This document shows, in pieces, positions 1-12,610 of a stretch of 64,000 nucleotides of DNA. The DNA lies in assembly GCA_040437565.1 (NCBI GenBank), contig JBDOQK010000068.1:62001-126000 (forward strand), written 5' to 3'. The number at the start of each line of letters is the position of its first letter. Position 1 is the first letter of the stretch. A program made the position numbers and the translations under genes. Under the pieces are notes generated by a model, which did no database searches, was not told the origin of the DNA, and saw only the letters and a list, made by a program, of their open reading frames with translations. The DNA comes from Albugo candida (lineage: Eukaryota).

Positions 1-46
1 TCGTTATAAACCCTAATTTGTAGTTATGTTTATCGCGCTGTTACAG

Positions 47-1012
47 GGTTACCACTTTGGCATGGCATCCAAATTCTCAACTACTTGTCACTGGAAGCAC
101 CGATCTCAAATGCCGTATATTCTCGGCACATATTGCTGAAGTTGATGAAATCTTGGATGTCGGCCCGTTCCCTTCAATTGGGCCTTTTGGAGAGATATTG
201 GCCGAATTTGATCATGCAAATGCTTGGATCAATTCTGTTGTGTGGTCTCCAGCTGGTGATCGCGTGGCCTTTGCCGGACACGGGTCTTCAGTGCATTTCG
301 TACATTTTGGAGTAGCTGGAGAACCTCCAACTATACAGGTATGTGATGATGTTCAAGAGCACACAATTACTGAATGATTGTCAATAGTCTATTCGTTTTC
401 GTCATCTCCCACTGAATACGCTCCTCTTTTTATCCAACGACGTCTTGGTTGGCGGAGGCTCCGACTTTAATGTATTGCTATTCTCATCTGATACGAATGG
501 ATTCTGGTATGTTGAAAATATTACCTGAAATGAAATCGAGTCACACTTTTTTCTCCAAGGTCATTGACCGATTTATTGGACAAAAAATCAAGCGATTCGG
601 CACCAAAGAGTGAAAAGGGAGGCTTCAATGCAGGTATGCTTATGATGCTATGTATCGTCATGGAGATCTTATCTTTGGTATAGCTCGGAGTATGTGGGAG
701 AGCAAAGTTGTTCGTGGCCAAAGTTCAGAAGCGACACAGCAGGACAAAGGAATGCTTTGGACGTGAGTATTTTAATTTCAACGATGGAGCGAGTATTGAA
801 ATATATAAAATAGGAAACATGAGAGCGCGATCACCGATATCCGTCCGTATTCTTTGGAGAAGAAGAGCATTACTGAATTCTCGACCTCAGGTGCGCCACT
901 CATTTGCTATTACTTTGTTTTGTTTTGATATTTGGTGATAGCGCTCGACGGAAAAATCGTCTTGTGGAAACTTGACGATCTGTCTATTAATATGTCGAAA
1001 TTGAATCTGTAG
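47..1012 (+). CDS. ARPC1: Arp2/3 complex subunit 1 (p41, WD40), 3' portion, multi-exon; 5' end lies outside the window
   Basis: WHPNSQLLVTGSTDLKCRIFSA, WINSVVWSPAGDRVAFAGH and terminal LDGKIVLW motifs typical of ARPC1; five GT-AG introns; TAG at 1010-1012. Confidence 0.9.
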
Positions 1013-2854
1013 CGTGTAATTCAGAGCAACAGAAATCGATGCGTTATAATACAGAAACTTTTTTGTGATCGTGGACTTTATTGCCAACCAAACTTGAACA
1101 TTTTGTCCGGTACAAGCTGTCAAAATGCTAGTCGTGAGACCTGTTATATCTATAATAGGCTACAATGGACAGTAGTTACTCAGTTTCTTTATGCAAGAAT
1201 TGATTTTTGAGCAAAGCCACGCTTTCTTTGCCAAATTACTCTTTCCGAAGGAGATACTTTTCAGGCTTGTTGTGGCCCCATCGCATACGCTTTGAGGTAT
1301 CACTATTGTTCCCATTAAGTTGTTGAATAAAGTTATCATTCGTGGGAAGAATGAATACCTTTGTTTTGACTGAATGATCAATGAGAAAAGTGATAGACAT
1401 GGTTGCATACCTTAGTTTCTATAAGTGCGTTTGTATTTGCTTAAGCTTCGATTTACATTGTATCAATGAAGCGTGTCTATGTCTCATTCTGTCCAGAGCA
1501 TATCTTGCAACAACTGGGCGATGATAAGCTCTGAAGTAGCGATTAATAGCAGCAATACACAGCACATAATATCAAGTACGGTAAGATATAGGGAGTCAGG
1601 GAGAATACTGCTGTATTTGATGAAGAAGGTAGACTATTTGTCTAGAAAGAATGCGGCAATCATCAATTGCTTTTTGTTGACCCTGATTGTCCAGATTGAT
1701 GGTTCTGAAGCAGCAATTGTTTTCGATATATTTTCCAGTTATAGTGGGTAGTTTGTCACTTGCACCTTTATTCGCATTAGTAAGAAAACGACCTTAATTT
1801 CTTACGATTTCCCAGTGGCGAGCTTTTCACCATAAAATAAGGGTACCTCCACTTAAATTGGTTGAACCGTTCACTTTATACTCGAGAATTATGCTTGAAG
1901 TGTAACTCATAAAAACATTCTCTTCTGTTTGATGATAGCTTCGAAGATCGGATTTTTCTTCGATGAAGATAATAAAGCATTGACTAGGTGCTCTTCAAAT
2001 CGGGTAACTTGATTTTTATGAAGCTTTGGATTTGATTTTACAATACGCCAAACAATCGAATATGACATCATGAAAGCTGATGTTGGTTATAGCGAGATTT
2101 TTATTTCTTGTTTTTTAGCTTCGATTTTGATCTGTAACCGTATTCAATCTAGATCCTTCTACATCTACGGGTTATATCGCATGTTATGCCTTCTTTTTGC
2201 AACGCAGGTAATCGCCATTCGGCAGCATATATAATAAACGTTTTAAATGCTGATGGTGTGACCCACAACAATGTCGCAATGGAGCCGTTTACGTTTCCAG
2301 GGTACGCTTTCAAGCGGAATTTCCTTGCCAAATCTCTAAGCTATACAAAACTCTCATCTTGATCCAATCTGAAAGCTACACCTTTCACCACTTTTACTGT
2401 ATCTAATCACCATTTCCACTTAATGTAAGATTTTGACAGAAAATACGTTGCACTACACCTTCCAATATTGTGTGGATAATTTCTTGGTGATAGTATTAAA
2501 ATACAGATCTGCATTCTAAATATAGCCACAGACTGCATTAAGTTAAGAAAGCGATAGAATTCAAATGTGAGAGAAGCTGTTGGAAGCAAACTCCTGCTAT
2601 GTCATCGCTCTTATAAACTTCGCGTCAATGATTTGTCACTTGGTAATAGTAACCCAAGTCGTATAGTCCCACTCCTTATATGACGTATCACCTTTTCTGC
2701 TACAATCCAACGAATCCTAGTACAGCAGAAAACGACGGAAGTGATGTATACGTTCCGCATTTTCTTCGCAATCTTTCTATAATCAATCGATAACTGAAAT
2801 GTTGCACTACTCTCACATTTGTTTCTGCTCATTCCAAAACTACTTGCTTTTTCA

Positions 2855-4472
2855 ATGATTACTCTACTCACCATTCCTTTCATTGTTTTTCAGCATTGTG
2901 TAACGGGGTCTCCATCCTCGGACAACCAACGATTTTCAGTAGAACCAAACTTGATCAGAAACGGGTTTGAAGAATGGCTGGATCCCCGCTGTCCGATTGA
3001 TCTAGACGAAAAGAAGCAAATGTATCGGAATCAGCGATGCATCCTCACGAGACATGAGAGCGATTTTGTACCATTGCAACATATGAAGGATGAAGTCGGG
3101 CACAACAATGAAAGATTTCCGTTGTTGACGTATCATTGTCGCGGTGATGAAATCACTTTCGTTGCAATCGGAAACGCAGGTATCCCTGGCTTTGCAAAGT
3201 TCAATCGGGATAAAAAGCGAGTTAGTACCAACATCAACCCAATCCATGGTCAGATTGGAAAGGATGTGTCTCGTATAAGCAAAAAGCATGGTGCGCATTT
3301 CGCTCTTTTAGTTGGAAATAACTTTTACGACGGAGTTGAGAACGTAGAGGACCCACAATGGGAGACGGTATGGGCGAAACGTTTCAATGTCGAGGAATTG
3401 GATATTCCGTTTTTTGTAGTCAACGGGAATCGTGAGAGGATGAACAACAATACGGCCACAGGATGCTACAGTGTGCATGGAGCTCACGAAAAGCACTGGA
3501 TCTTGCCCGATTTGGCATATTCGGTCAATGTATTGAATGACGTAGGCGGTTTTAAGATGTTATTCACTGAAACCGAGGTAGAAGCGGACGAAATAATATA
3601 TGGGAAATCAAAACGGAAGAAAGAAAGACTAGCAAAGAGCCACTGGAGTTCCGATTCCATAAGTAGACGGGGAACTTCACCGTACCTCCAGCAGCAGCAT
3701 ATGTCTCCTGATATAGCTTGGATCAAGTATCAGCAACAGTTGTACAAGTCATTAGGAATAAGCAAGGATCCGCATGTTATCATGGTCGGATATCGACACT
3801 TGTATTCGGCGTTGGAAGGTCATACTCAACGCTTTGTCACCAATCATGAAGTTGAAATATATATTGCTAATGATTACGTTCAAAATGGCAAAGTGACTAC
3901 CTTATCTCGTGAAGTAATGTACCATAGTTACATCAGTGGAGATGTGGCCGGTTTGGAGTATTTCAAAGCCCATGATAATCGCGAATACTTTGGTGTTGGC
4001 GGGGGTGGAGGTGAGATTGTGAAGGATACAGCGGGAAGTACGGCGTCAATATGGAAGTGGCTGAGGTCGAAATGGTTGACATGCATGGAAGCGAAAAGCC
4101 AAGTACCTGAAGTAGAACATGGAGTTGAATATGCGAAACGCGCTTATGGCTTTGCGGTTTTTAAGTATCAATGGAAAGCTAACAAGAAGAAGGTCATGTA
4201 CTATGAATACGCTAAANNNNNNNNNNNNNNNNNNNNNNNNNNNNNNNNNNNNNNNNNNNNNNNNNNNNNNNNNNNNNNNNNNNNNNNNNNNNNNNNNNNN
4301 NNNNNNNNNNNNNNNNTTTGCGGTTTTTAAGTATCAATGGAAAGCTAACAAGAAGAAGGTCATGTACTATGAATACGCTAAAGAGGGAAGCACTTACAAG
4401 CTTCGAGAAGACCCGAAAACAATCGAAAGTGCGATATACAATCAGCCCGATGCTAAAAAAATCGAATCTTGA
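2855..4472 (+). CDS. Secreted purple acid phosphatase-like metallophosphoesterase with degenerate active site (spans gap 4217-4316)
   Basis: Hydrophobic N-terminus MITLLTIPFIVFQHCVTG; PAP-fold motifs FVAIGNAG, VGNNFYDGV, VVNGNRE, MVGYRH, YISGDVA, GVGGGG, YGFAVF; intronless; C-terminus completed by the overlap copy after the gap. Confidence 0.8.
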
Positions 4473-7400
4473 ATGCGTCATGAAGCTCGGAGGAACAAGT
4501 GATTGCTTAACAGAATATTGCGATGTTAGATACCCACAGCCTTCCTTAACATGATATCATAATCTGACTAGATATAAAATAAACTCCAACATATCTCATA
4601 TGTTCTGCATGGATGCAAGCTAGTATCTCGCACGCCGCTAGTCCATCAGCATCTCAATAATTCAATTATGATTATAATTGACCTCACTCCATCGAAGATA
4701 TCTACAATAACCTACAGCAAACAACATACATGGAAATACCGCTGACAGCTGATGATATAGTCGTCGACGATCCACTATTGGGGTTGTTTAAGCCCATACA
4801 ATGCAAGATTGTATCGGACAATCCAACAAGCATTTCCCCAATTTGTTGTCCGCTACATCAGGTGACATATAGCCATCCAACTAGGAATAGGATCCCATTG
4901 CACTTGCACTTGCCGCCTTTCACATCATGAATTACCACGAATTGACCACTATTCCTGTCATGAATGAGGTCTTACATCGCCAATTGAGCTCGTCTTATGT
5001 CTGAGAACTTGAGGTATTTTGTAGCTGCCAAAAAAAAATATCGCAATTTCCAAAAGTTAGCGTAGGGAGAAAATTTCTGTTCGAGAAGAGGCTGCTGCAG
5101 ACAGAAATGCAATCAATATTATATCTCAAAGAATCTTGCATCAGGAAACAATGCATGTTTTCTCCCTACACTAGTGTTTTTTTATTTGGTCGCTTCTCAT
5201 GGAATTTCACCCGACTACATCATAATTACCCTAATTCAGTCGACTAGATGAACAGACAAGATCGACGACTGATATTTAGCTGGGAATCTACACACATATT
5301 GAGCTGAAGTGCTCCGCATGTGCTCCATGGATTCTGCCATCAATTTTTTAGTATGAATGGAATCATTTCGGTCGAACTGAAGCGAGTTGAGATGCTGTCC
5401 TGCTCCTCTCATCTAGCGAAATTTATATCCATTGCGGCGGATACATGTCTTAGTCCAAGATGGATTAGCTGATTCAGCCTCTGAGCTACCGAAATCTTTC
5501 ATTACGCCACTCTTATCATACAAAAATTAAGGACTTTTTATGGGCTAGATTTCACGGTACCATGTTCCTTGGTAACAATCTAATTGATACGCGACGACAC
5601 GAAGTAGCTAGATAATGAAATGAGAATGGGTTTCCTATGCTTCACGTAATGATAAAAAACGGTTGCGTCTGGCATTATGATCCATCAAACCATTAAATTG
5701 TTGAAGAATCATTTCGGAAAATGTCGGTAGTGACTAATGTCATTATCGCGATATTGAGCCGAAGCAGCATAATATAACACGCTGAGAAGATTGGGCTCAA
5801 GCGGTTGTCTTGTTTGATATTTTATAATCACTTGCATCAATTTTGTCCATTTCGGACTTCCAAGTTTCTCAGTTCCAAGACTCGAAGTCGTTGGTCACTT
5901 TTACAGCACCAACGTTGCGTACCTATTTATTCTGATTAGGTCGATCACTTAAGAATATTTGAATGATTGTAGTAAGCATCTCCATTGTTCCCGGTCGAGT
6001 ATCTAACTTGAACTAGCATGACTTCCTGCACTTCCGCATGCTATTCCAAACTTCTTCGGCTCCTCTAAAGGTCATTTTGAATATTTTCCTGACGTGCAGA
6101 TGTCAGACATACGTTTATGTGGCAATGTCCCGCAAAAACGTTTTCAGCTGAATGATGGATTTGCCAACCACACCCAACTGTGAGAGAAGCGCATTGAATC
6201 ACCGGATGCGAGATGTGGTGAGGCCAAATGGTTCACAAACAATTGCTCACAAAAAAGCATTATTTCGTTGGCATTCACCGGTGCATCGTGAGTGAGAAGC
6301 CGCAAGAAATGGAGTATATAACTAAGAGTGTTCGTGCGAAGAAGTGTCATGACACCGCCACTGCGATTTGAGCCAGATACAGTGGGGTGCTGTCTATGCC
6401 ATTAAAGAAATATGTGTGTGCGTTTTTGAAGTGTAATAAAATTTGAACGACTCCAACTTCTTGTGATCGTACGAGTTGGCTCTCTTTCTACCAGTAGGAA
6501 AAAGTTTAGATATGATGTGGTCGATAGAAAGACGAAAGTTTTATGACTTTAGTTGATGTTCACTGAAAGGCAGAGCTGTTGTTCCACGTTGGAACGGCGG
6601 AGAGATTTAAGCACTTATGATCAAGCCGATAGTTATAATCCTCATCCAGAATCGCTTATTTGTAGGTGGAGAGTAAACATTTTCTCCAGAGCACAGCTAC
6701 GATATCATCACCTAGAGAGCCTTGCGGTCAACACTTCATTCCGACCACGCACAATGTAGTGATAGTAGCAATTCGACTTGCCCTCAACCCCAGTGATCGC
6801 TTGTGGACTGGACTAGTTACAGCCCTGATTGCCATCTGAGAATTTTCTCCAGATACTACAGNNNNNNNNNNNNNNNNNNNNNNNNNNNNNNNNNNNNNNN
6901 NNNNNNNNNNNNNNNNNNNNNNNNNNNNNNNNNNNNNNNNNNNNNNNNNNNNNNNNNNNNNATCGCTTGTGGACTGGACTAGTTACAGCCCTGATTGCCA
7001 TCTGAGAATTTTCTCCAGATACTACAGCACGCTCAAGAGAAACTTTCACAACCTTCATCGTAAATGTAAAATCCTTAGCAAGATTGGATGGAGAAAAAGC
7101 TCTATGCAGCAAAGCAGATGTGATACTTTCAATGCGTTGTCCCACCCATGCATGCGAAAAGCATCTGGCTGTACAAACGGATGCTCGCATTGCTCATGTT
7201 CGCCAAAATGTACCAACTTGTCCGATTGATTTTTTCTGAGAAAAAATTGCACTCAAACGCGAATTTTAATCGTTTTGTGTCGTTCGCGTTAATACACGCA
7301 GCCTCTGGATGCCACAACCTATATTGACATACCTTCCTGACTGGTTTAGTCTGCTGAAAATTCAATGAACCAAGATTCACATAGCTCCACCAACAGTAGT

Positions 7401-9973
7401 AAAAGTTCCACTTGATATCAGGGAACGCTCGAAGGCAGCCTTAGAAAGCATTTTGTTGGAATAGTTCTGTTCGATATCGAAATCCCTATGACCAATCCAG
7501 CTGCATGGACGCATCGCTATCCTTCGTTTCTTAGGCATGATCAGTGGCCTCCATCTGCAGGGTTGCTTTTGTGATCAAGGGATTTATCCAAGAAAACGCT
7601 TTCTACTTTCGCTCCCACAATTTGCATCGGTGCTTCCATTCGCACGTCTATATATCGTGAGGCNNNNNNNNNNNNNNNNNNNNNNNNNNNNNNNNNNNNN
7701 NNNNNNNNNNNNNNNNNNNNNNNNNNNNNNNNNNNNNNNNNNNNNNNNNNNNNNNNNNNNNNNAGCTGCATGGACGCATCGCTATCCTTCGTTTCTTAGG
7801 CATGATCAGTGGCCTCCATCTGCAGGGTTGCTTTTGTGATCAAGGGATTTATCCAAGAAAACGCTTTCTACTTTCGCTCCCACAATTTGCATCGGTGCTT
7901 CCATTCGCACGTCTATATATCGTGAGGCACCGCAAAAACCGCGGATAAATTTTATGTTGATCTGTGATGTATTTTTATTTGAACCTCTTGAATGGAATTT
8001 TGGCGACCAAATCCAAGCAATCAGTGTCACGTTGATATGAATAAGGTCACTTTCTTAAAGTTGAAGTATTCTATTCTCAAACAGGTTGAAGTTGCTTCCG
8101 TATGCGGTTGCTCGCATACTATTTAATTGAAACCAGCTATCGAGGGCATCTTGGATAGATAAAGTAGACTCTACATCATGAGCCTTTTTGTTGCAATTGT
8201 CCAATGTTAGTTGACACCCCAAGTTTTAGAGAGACATTCTGTCGTTCTTCCTCCACACCTCAAGCAAATATATCAAGTTTTCCAGAGTGTCGCACTCCTT
8301 AGATATAGTTTGTAAGAAGCATAGTCACTTTTTGTCACTGCTGCAATTTGAAAAAGTGATCGATCCACAAAAAGCGTTCAAAAAGCAAATTTCCGCAACT
8401 TCCCGCAAGAAAAACCAGAAGCTTCCTATTAGTAATACGGGCCATTCTAAACCAATCTTAAAAAGGTAATCGGAACCATCTGGAAAGGCCTTGCTGCTTC
8501 CAATTTCGATGCTGATGCCGAGTGTAGTTCGCTGGCATCAAGATAGAGAATGACTTCAAGATTGAAGGCCTCGCCTTGGGGACCTTATCGTGGTATTGCG
8601 CTGTCATGCGAGCGTTGCCTTTGCAAAAGAGCGCATCCGGCTTGATAAGTTCCGTCAAGATCAATCTTCTTTCCTTAGACAGCTGGACTGTCGTTCCAAC
8701 ATGCAGTAGGAACATGTATACCGGTGGCACCTGTCTGAAGTATTTGAATTTGACGGGGACACTCTCCACACACGGGTGAGGAGTTGTCAAATATCATGCA
8801 ATTAAGCAAAGCCAAGTGATTCATCAGAGCTTTCAACTCATTACGATCCAACGCTAATACTGTCAGCTTTTGTGAAAAGTGAAATGTCGATAGTCAAAGA
8901 AACCATTATTCTTGTGGAAGCGTTTGAGGATTTCCTTTTTGGAAGTAATTGTACGAGTGCAAGTGCCTGGAAACCTAGAATTCATCAATTCTCTACGTAC
9001 GATTGTTCTTCTCCATTCAATACATTCTAAATTGTAAACCAATATCAACACTGGACGGGGTCTCCCTTTTGCCAAGACAGATAGATACTGATAACAAAGA
9101 ACTAATCGCGAAGGTTATTTGGTCTCCGTTATCCGATAGAGCTAATAGGAACTTACTGCAATTATATAAAATATACTGCTGATTCGGCAAAATATCTTCC
9201 GATGGAGTGAGGCATATAGCCGATCTTCGTAGTCCTGCTATAGCGAAATCTTGACAAGCTGTGAATGTTACGGTACGAGGATGCTACAGCATACCTTTTA
9301 CGGAGCACATACTAATAACTGAGTCTTGCCCGATTTGGTCTGTAAAAGTGATGGGGAGCTTTCTGACCCGCGACCGTTTAGGTTGTCATTCGCCAGTAAG
9401 GAAGCTGGATCCGAAGCAGTCACGTGTGGAAAACTATAGTACGGGGAAGTATAATGAATCGAGCGGGTCGAAGGGTTCCCTTTCACCATATTACGGTTAA
9501 TAAGGGAACTGCATATCCAGTGAGATCCTTTCAGCGTTTACGTGAGGCAACCCATCACTGCGATTACTTCCTTACGCGAAGGTGGAAAGACTCGTCGAGA
9601 ACGGGAATTCATGGAAATGGAAGAAAAGAAATTGATAATAAAGGTATTGTGGCTGAAGCCGACGATATGGTAGCGGTCACCAATAAGTTGCAGAAATTGT
9701 TATGACTTTGCTGCATTCATGTGCAATGAAATATGAGGCACCAATAAGTTTAATCGAGTAGCAATCAAGAGCGTTAGGTTCCTTTGCATCGACACGATCC
9801 CGTCTAGCTGTCTCAGCGATAATATGGACTCTGCTTGTCATTTCACCGGTTGCATTCCTCTTTGGGGTCTGACTGCGTAATCACAGCTGAATGCAAAAAC
9901 AGCAATGATGTGAGTAAACCTTTCTATTGCTTAGTTTCCATATGATCTAATCCCAGCGGAGCCGATGAAAATA

Positions 9974-10522
9974 TTAAAACTGATTGCGGCGTTCCTTTGC
10001 TGTATAATACAAAATCAAAAGATCGTTAATGTCAGCCACGCTAAGAAATGAGGAAGCTGTCGGAATGAACCTTTTCGAATGATAGCAGCAGCTTGTCCCC
10101 TGGGACCTGCTCCTCCTGGTCCGCCTTGACCGAGTGAAGGGATTACGCCTTTATGCTTCTTCCACAACTTGACTCGCTTGAACATGGGCGCGTGCTTGAG
10201 CGTACAGACAGATAAACGTTAAGGAACTGAATACTCATAATCAACCAAAAATATGAAAAGGTTGCAAAGAAGGATATATGTCTGGGAAAACGATAAACAG
10301 AATTTGACTGCCACGAACGTATACAAGTTCAACATGTGTTGTATTGCCATTGATGTCCGTTCGTATAGCTTCTTTGAGAACGCAGTTCATATTATCTTCT
10401 GTTTCCTCTAGGTATCCGCGGTAAATCTCTCCCGACTTCATCTCAATCGATACAGTTGTGCCTTCGCCATCATGCAATAAAATCGTTGGAATACCAACGC
10501 CGCGTTTTCCAGTGACCGCCAT
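9974..10522 (-). CDS. SNRPD3: Small nuclear ribonucleoprotein Sm D3; exons 10522-10278, 10201-10071, 9999-9974
   Basis: GIPTILLHDGEG, GEIYRG, EDNMNC and VYVRGSQI Sm motifs; splicing restores PDMLKHAPMFK. Confidence 0.9.
10202..10277 (-). other. U12-type (AT-AC) spliceosomal intron, 76 nt
   Basis: Minus strand: 5' splice site ATATCCTT, branch site TTCCTTAAC (10226-10218), 3' end TAC; removal restores the frame and a conserved peptide. Confidence 0.92.
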
Positions 10523-10945
10523 AAGCAAACGAGGAATAACATATATAGCACCTATCCCAGCTTCTATTCGCAAACAGCGTGCTATATATTATTCATTTAC
10601 ATATCCAGCGTCATGCTTCTCTATCTAGCCAGTATTATCCTCATATNNNNNNNNNNNNNNNNNNNNNNNNNNNNNNNNNNNNNNNNNNNNNNNNNNNNNN
10701 NNNNNNNNNNNNNNNNNNNNNNNNNNNNNNNNNNNNNNNNNNNNNNTTGTTCCCGCCACTAAACTTCAACTTCAACTCGCTGCTTCCGCGACAAACACTC
10801 TGTCGTTTCCAGAGAAATGAGTGCAACAAAATCCCACTTTTTGCACATCAATTCATCTAAACATTCCTTCCAGTCGCCACCGATCACTCGACGCGTGTGT
10901 CTATTATAAGACCTTCAGATCTATCCAGAACGCGTTGAATTGAGT

Positions 10946-12548
10946 ATGAACGCAACGACGCCCTTTTCCGATCTGATGAGCAAAGCGGTCAAGCTTAAAG
11001 GACATCAGCAATCAAAGCTGCGCACGGTTTTCGACGGCTGGCCGTCTTACTTCCAGCATTCCATGTTCATGCAAGATTCCGTGATTTCAGCTCGCTCTCT
11101 ATCCTTTCAGGAGCGTTTAGACGCAGCACTGTCGATGAAAGACAAAGGGAACGAATGTTGCGGGAAAGGCGAAATGGAGGAAGCAATTGCCGAATATGAG
11201 AAAGCATTAGCTATTTTTGTGTACTGCGAGAATCAAGACGTTAATTGGAAGAAAAAAGGCATTGAAGATAAAGATATTCGCGTGATCGAGTACATTGCCC
11301 AAGATCAAGTCAGTCAGAAGCGCTTGAATGCGCTGAAAGTAGCATGTTACCTCAACATTGCGCGTATGACGTCGATTTGTGACGATTGCGAACTAAATAA
11401 AATTCTTTAGTGTGCAAATTTCGGCTTAAAGACTTTCGCACATGCCTTCGGGCGTGCGATGATACGTTAAAAATCGATGAAAGAAACCTCAAAGCGCTTT
11501 ACAGGTGATGGCTTGATTGTGGTCGACCTTGGATTTCATTGGTCTCTGTAGAAGCGCGCAAGCATTGATTACACCGCTTTCGGCGGGAGCCCTCGAATTC
11601 GACCAAGCCATACAGAGGTTGAAAAGAGCTTATTCAATCGATGCAACCAATAAGGATACAAGTCGATTGCTTAAAGAACTACAACAGCAAAAACGACGGC
11701 AGCAAATCACTGACCACAAAACTTTTGGTGGCATGTTTGATCGTGGTCAGCTCTATCGTGAAGAAGAGCTACAAAAGCCGCAAGAAAAAGACGGTGGTAG
11801 CAATGTGAAGGATAATTTTGAAGTGCAAGTAAGCGCCATAGCTCGAATGAGAACGGGGTGACCAAGTACTTGATCCTGTTAGATTCGACAAGCACAAGAT
11901 TTGGCAAGATTGTACGAGCATAAAGGCGAACACGATCAAGCCGAGACGATTCGATCAACAATTGCTAAAGTAAAGTCCGAACGCACCAAAAGACGGGTTG
12001 ATTTTCTCCGACCAACACCGGAAATGATTGAAGACGCAAAGCGGAACAAGTGAGATCTAATTCTGACAAGTTTGGCGCTATAATCGTTCTTATGTATTGA
12101 TAGCATCGATCTGACGGACAAAAACGTTCAAAGAATGTTAAGCGACTTACATCAGGGCAAGGATTCTCTCAGTGAGGAAACAAAGCACGCTATCGATAGT
12201 ACGTTACGTTAGCTCTATTCATTAGGACATGGAGCAATTTGTTTGATTTCGCCAATTTGTACAGCGGAAAATCAAGTCGACACGATAATGCGTTCCATGT
12301 CAGTAGAAGCCATCGGTCAACTGCTCCAACAAGAAGGAATCCCATACCATCACCTACGCGATAAAGAAGAGATCTTAGAATTGGCGCGTCATGTAATCCA
12401 ATCCAAATTGTGTGGTCCTCTAAAGGATTCATCGCAATACGGTGAGAGTTCATACATAAAATGGGTCGTTATTTGTGCATTGGTGTGGACAGTATTGAGG
12501 TTGATTGCTTCCGGAAATCTGTCACTGTTACAGGGATTTCTTGGATAA
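10946..12548 (+). CDS. TPR-repeat protein (FKBP/cyclophilin-40-type TPR clamp) with hydrophobic C-terminus, multi-exon
   Basis: KDKGNECCGKGEMEEAIAEYEKAL, CYLNIA and NLKALYR TPR signatures; five GT-AG introns. Confidence 0.75.
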
Positions 12549-12610
12549 ATTGATGTAAATGTTGCAATGAATATATCGACACATGATTTCTATGGCTTTT
12601 GATCGCCGAT

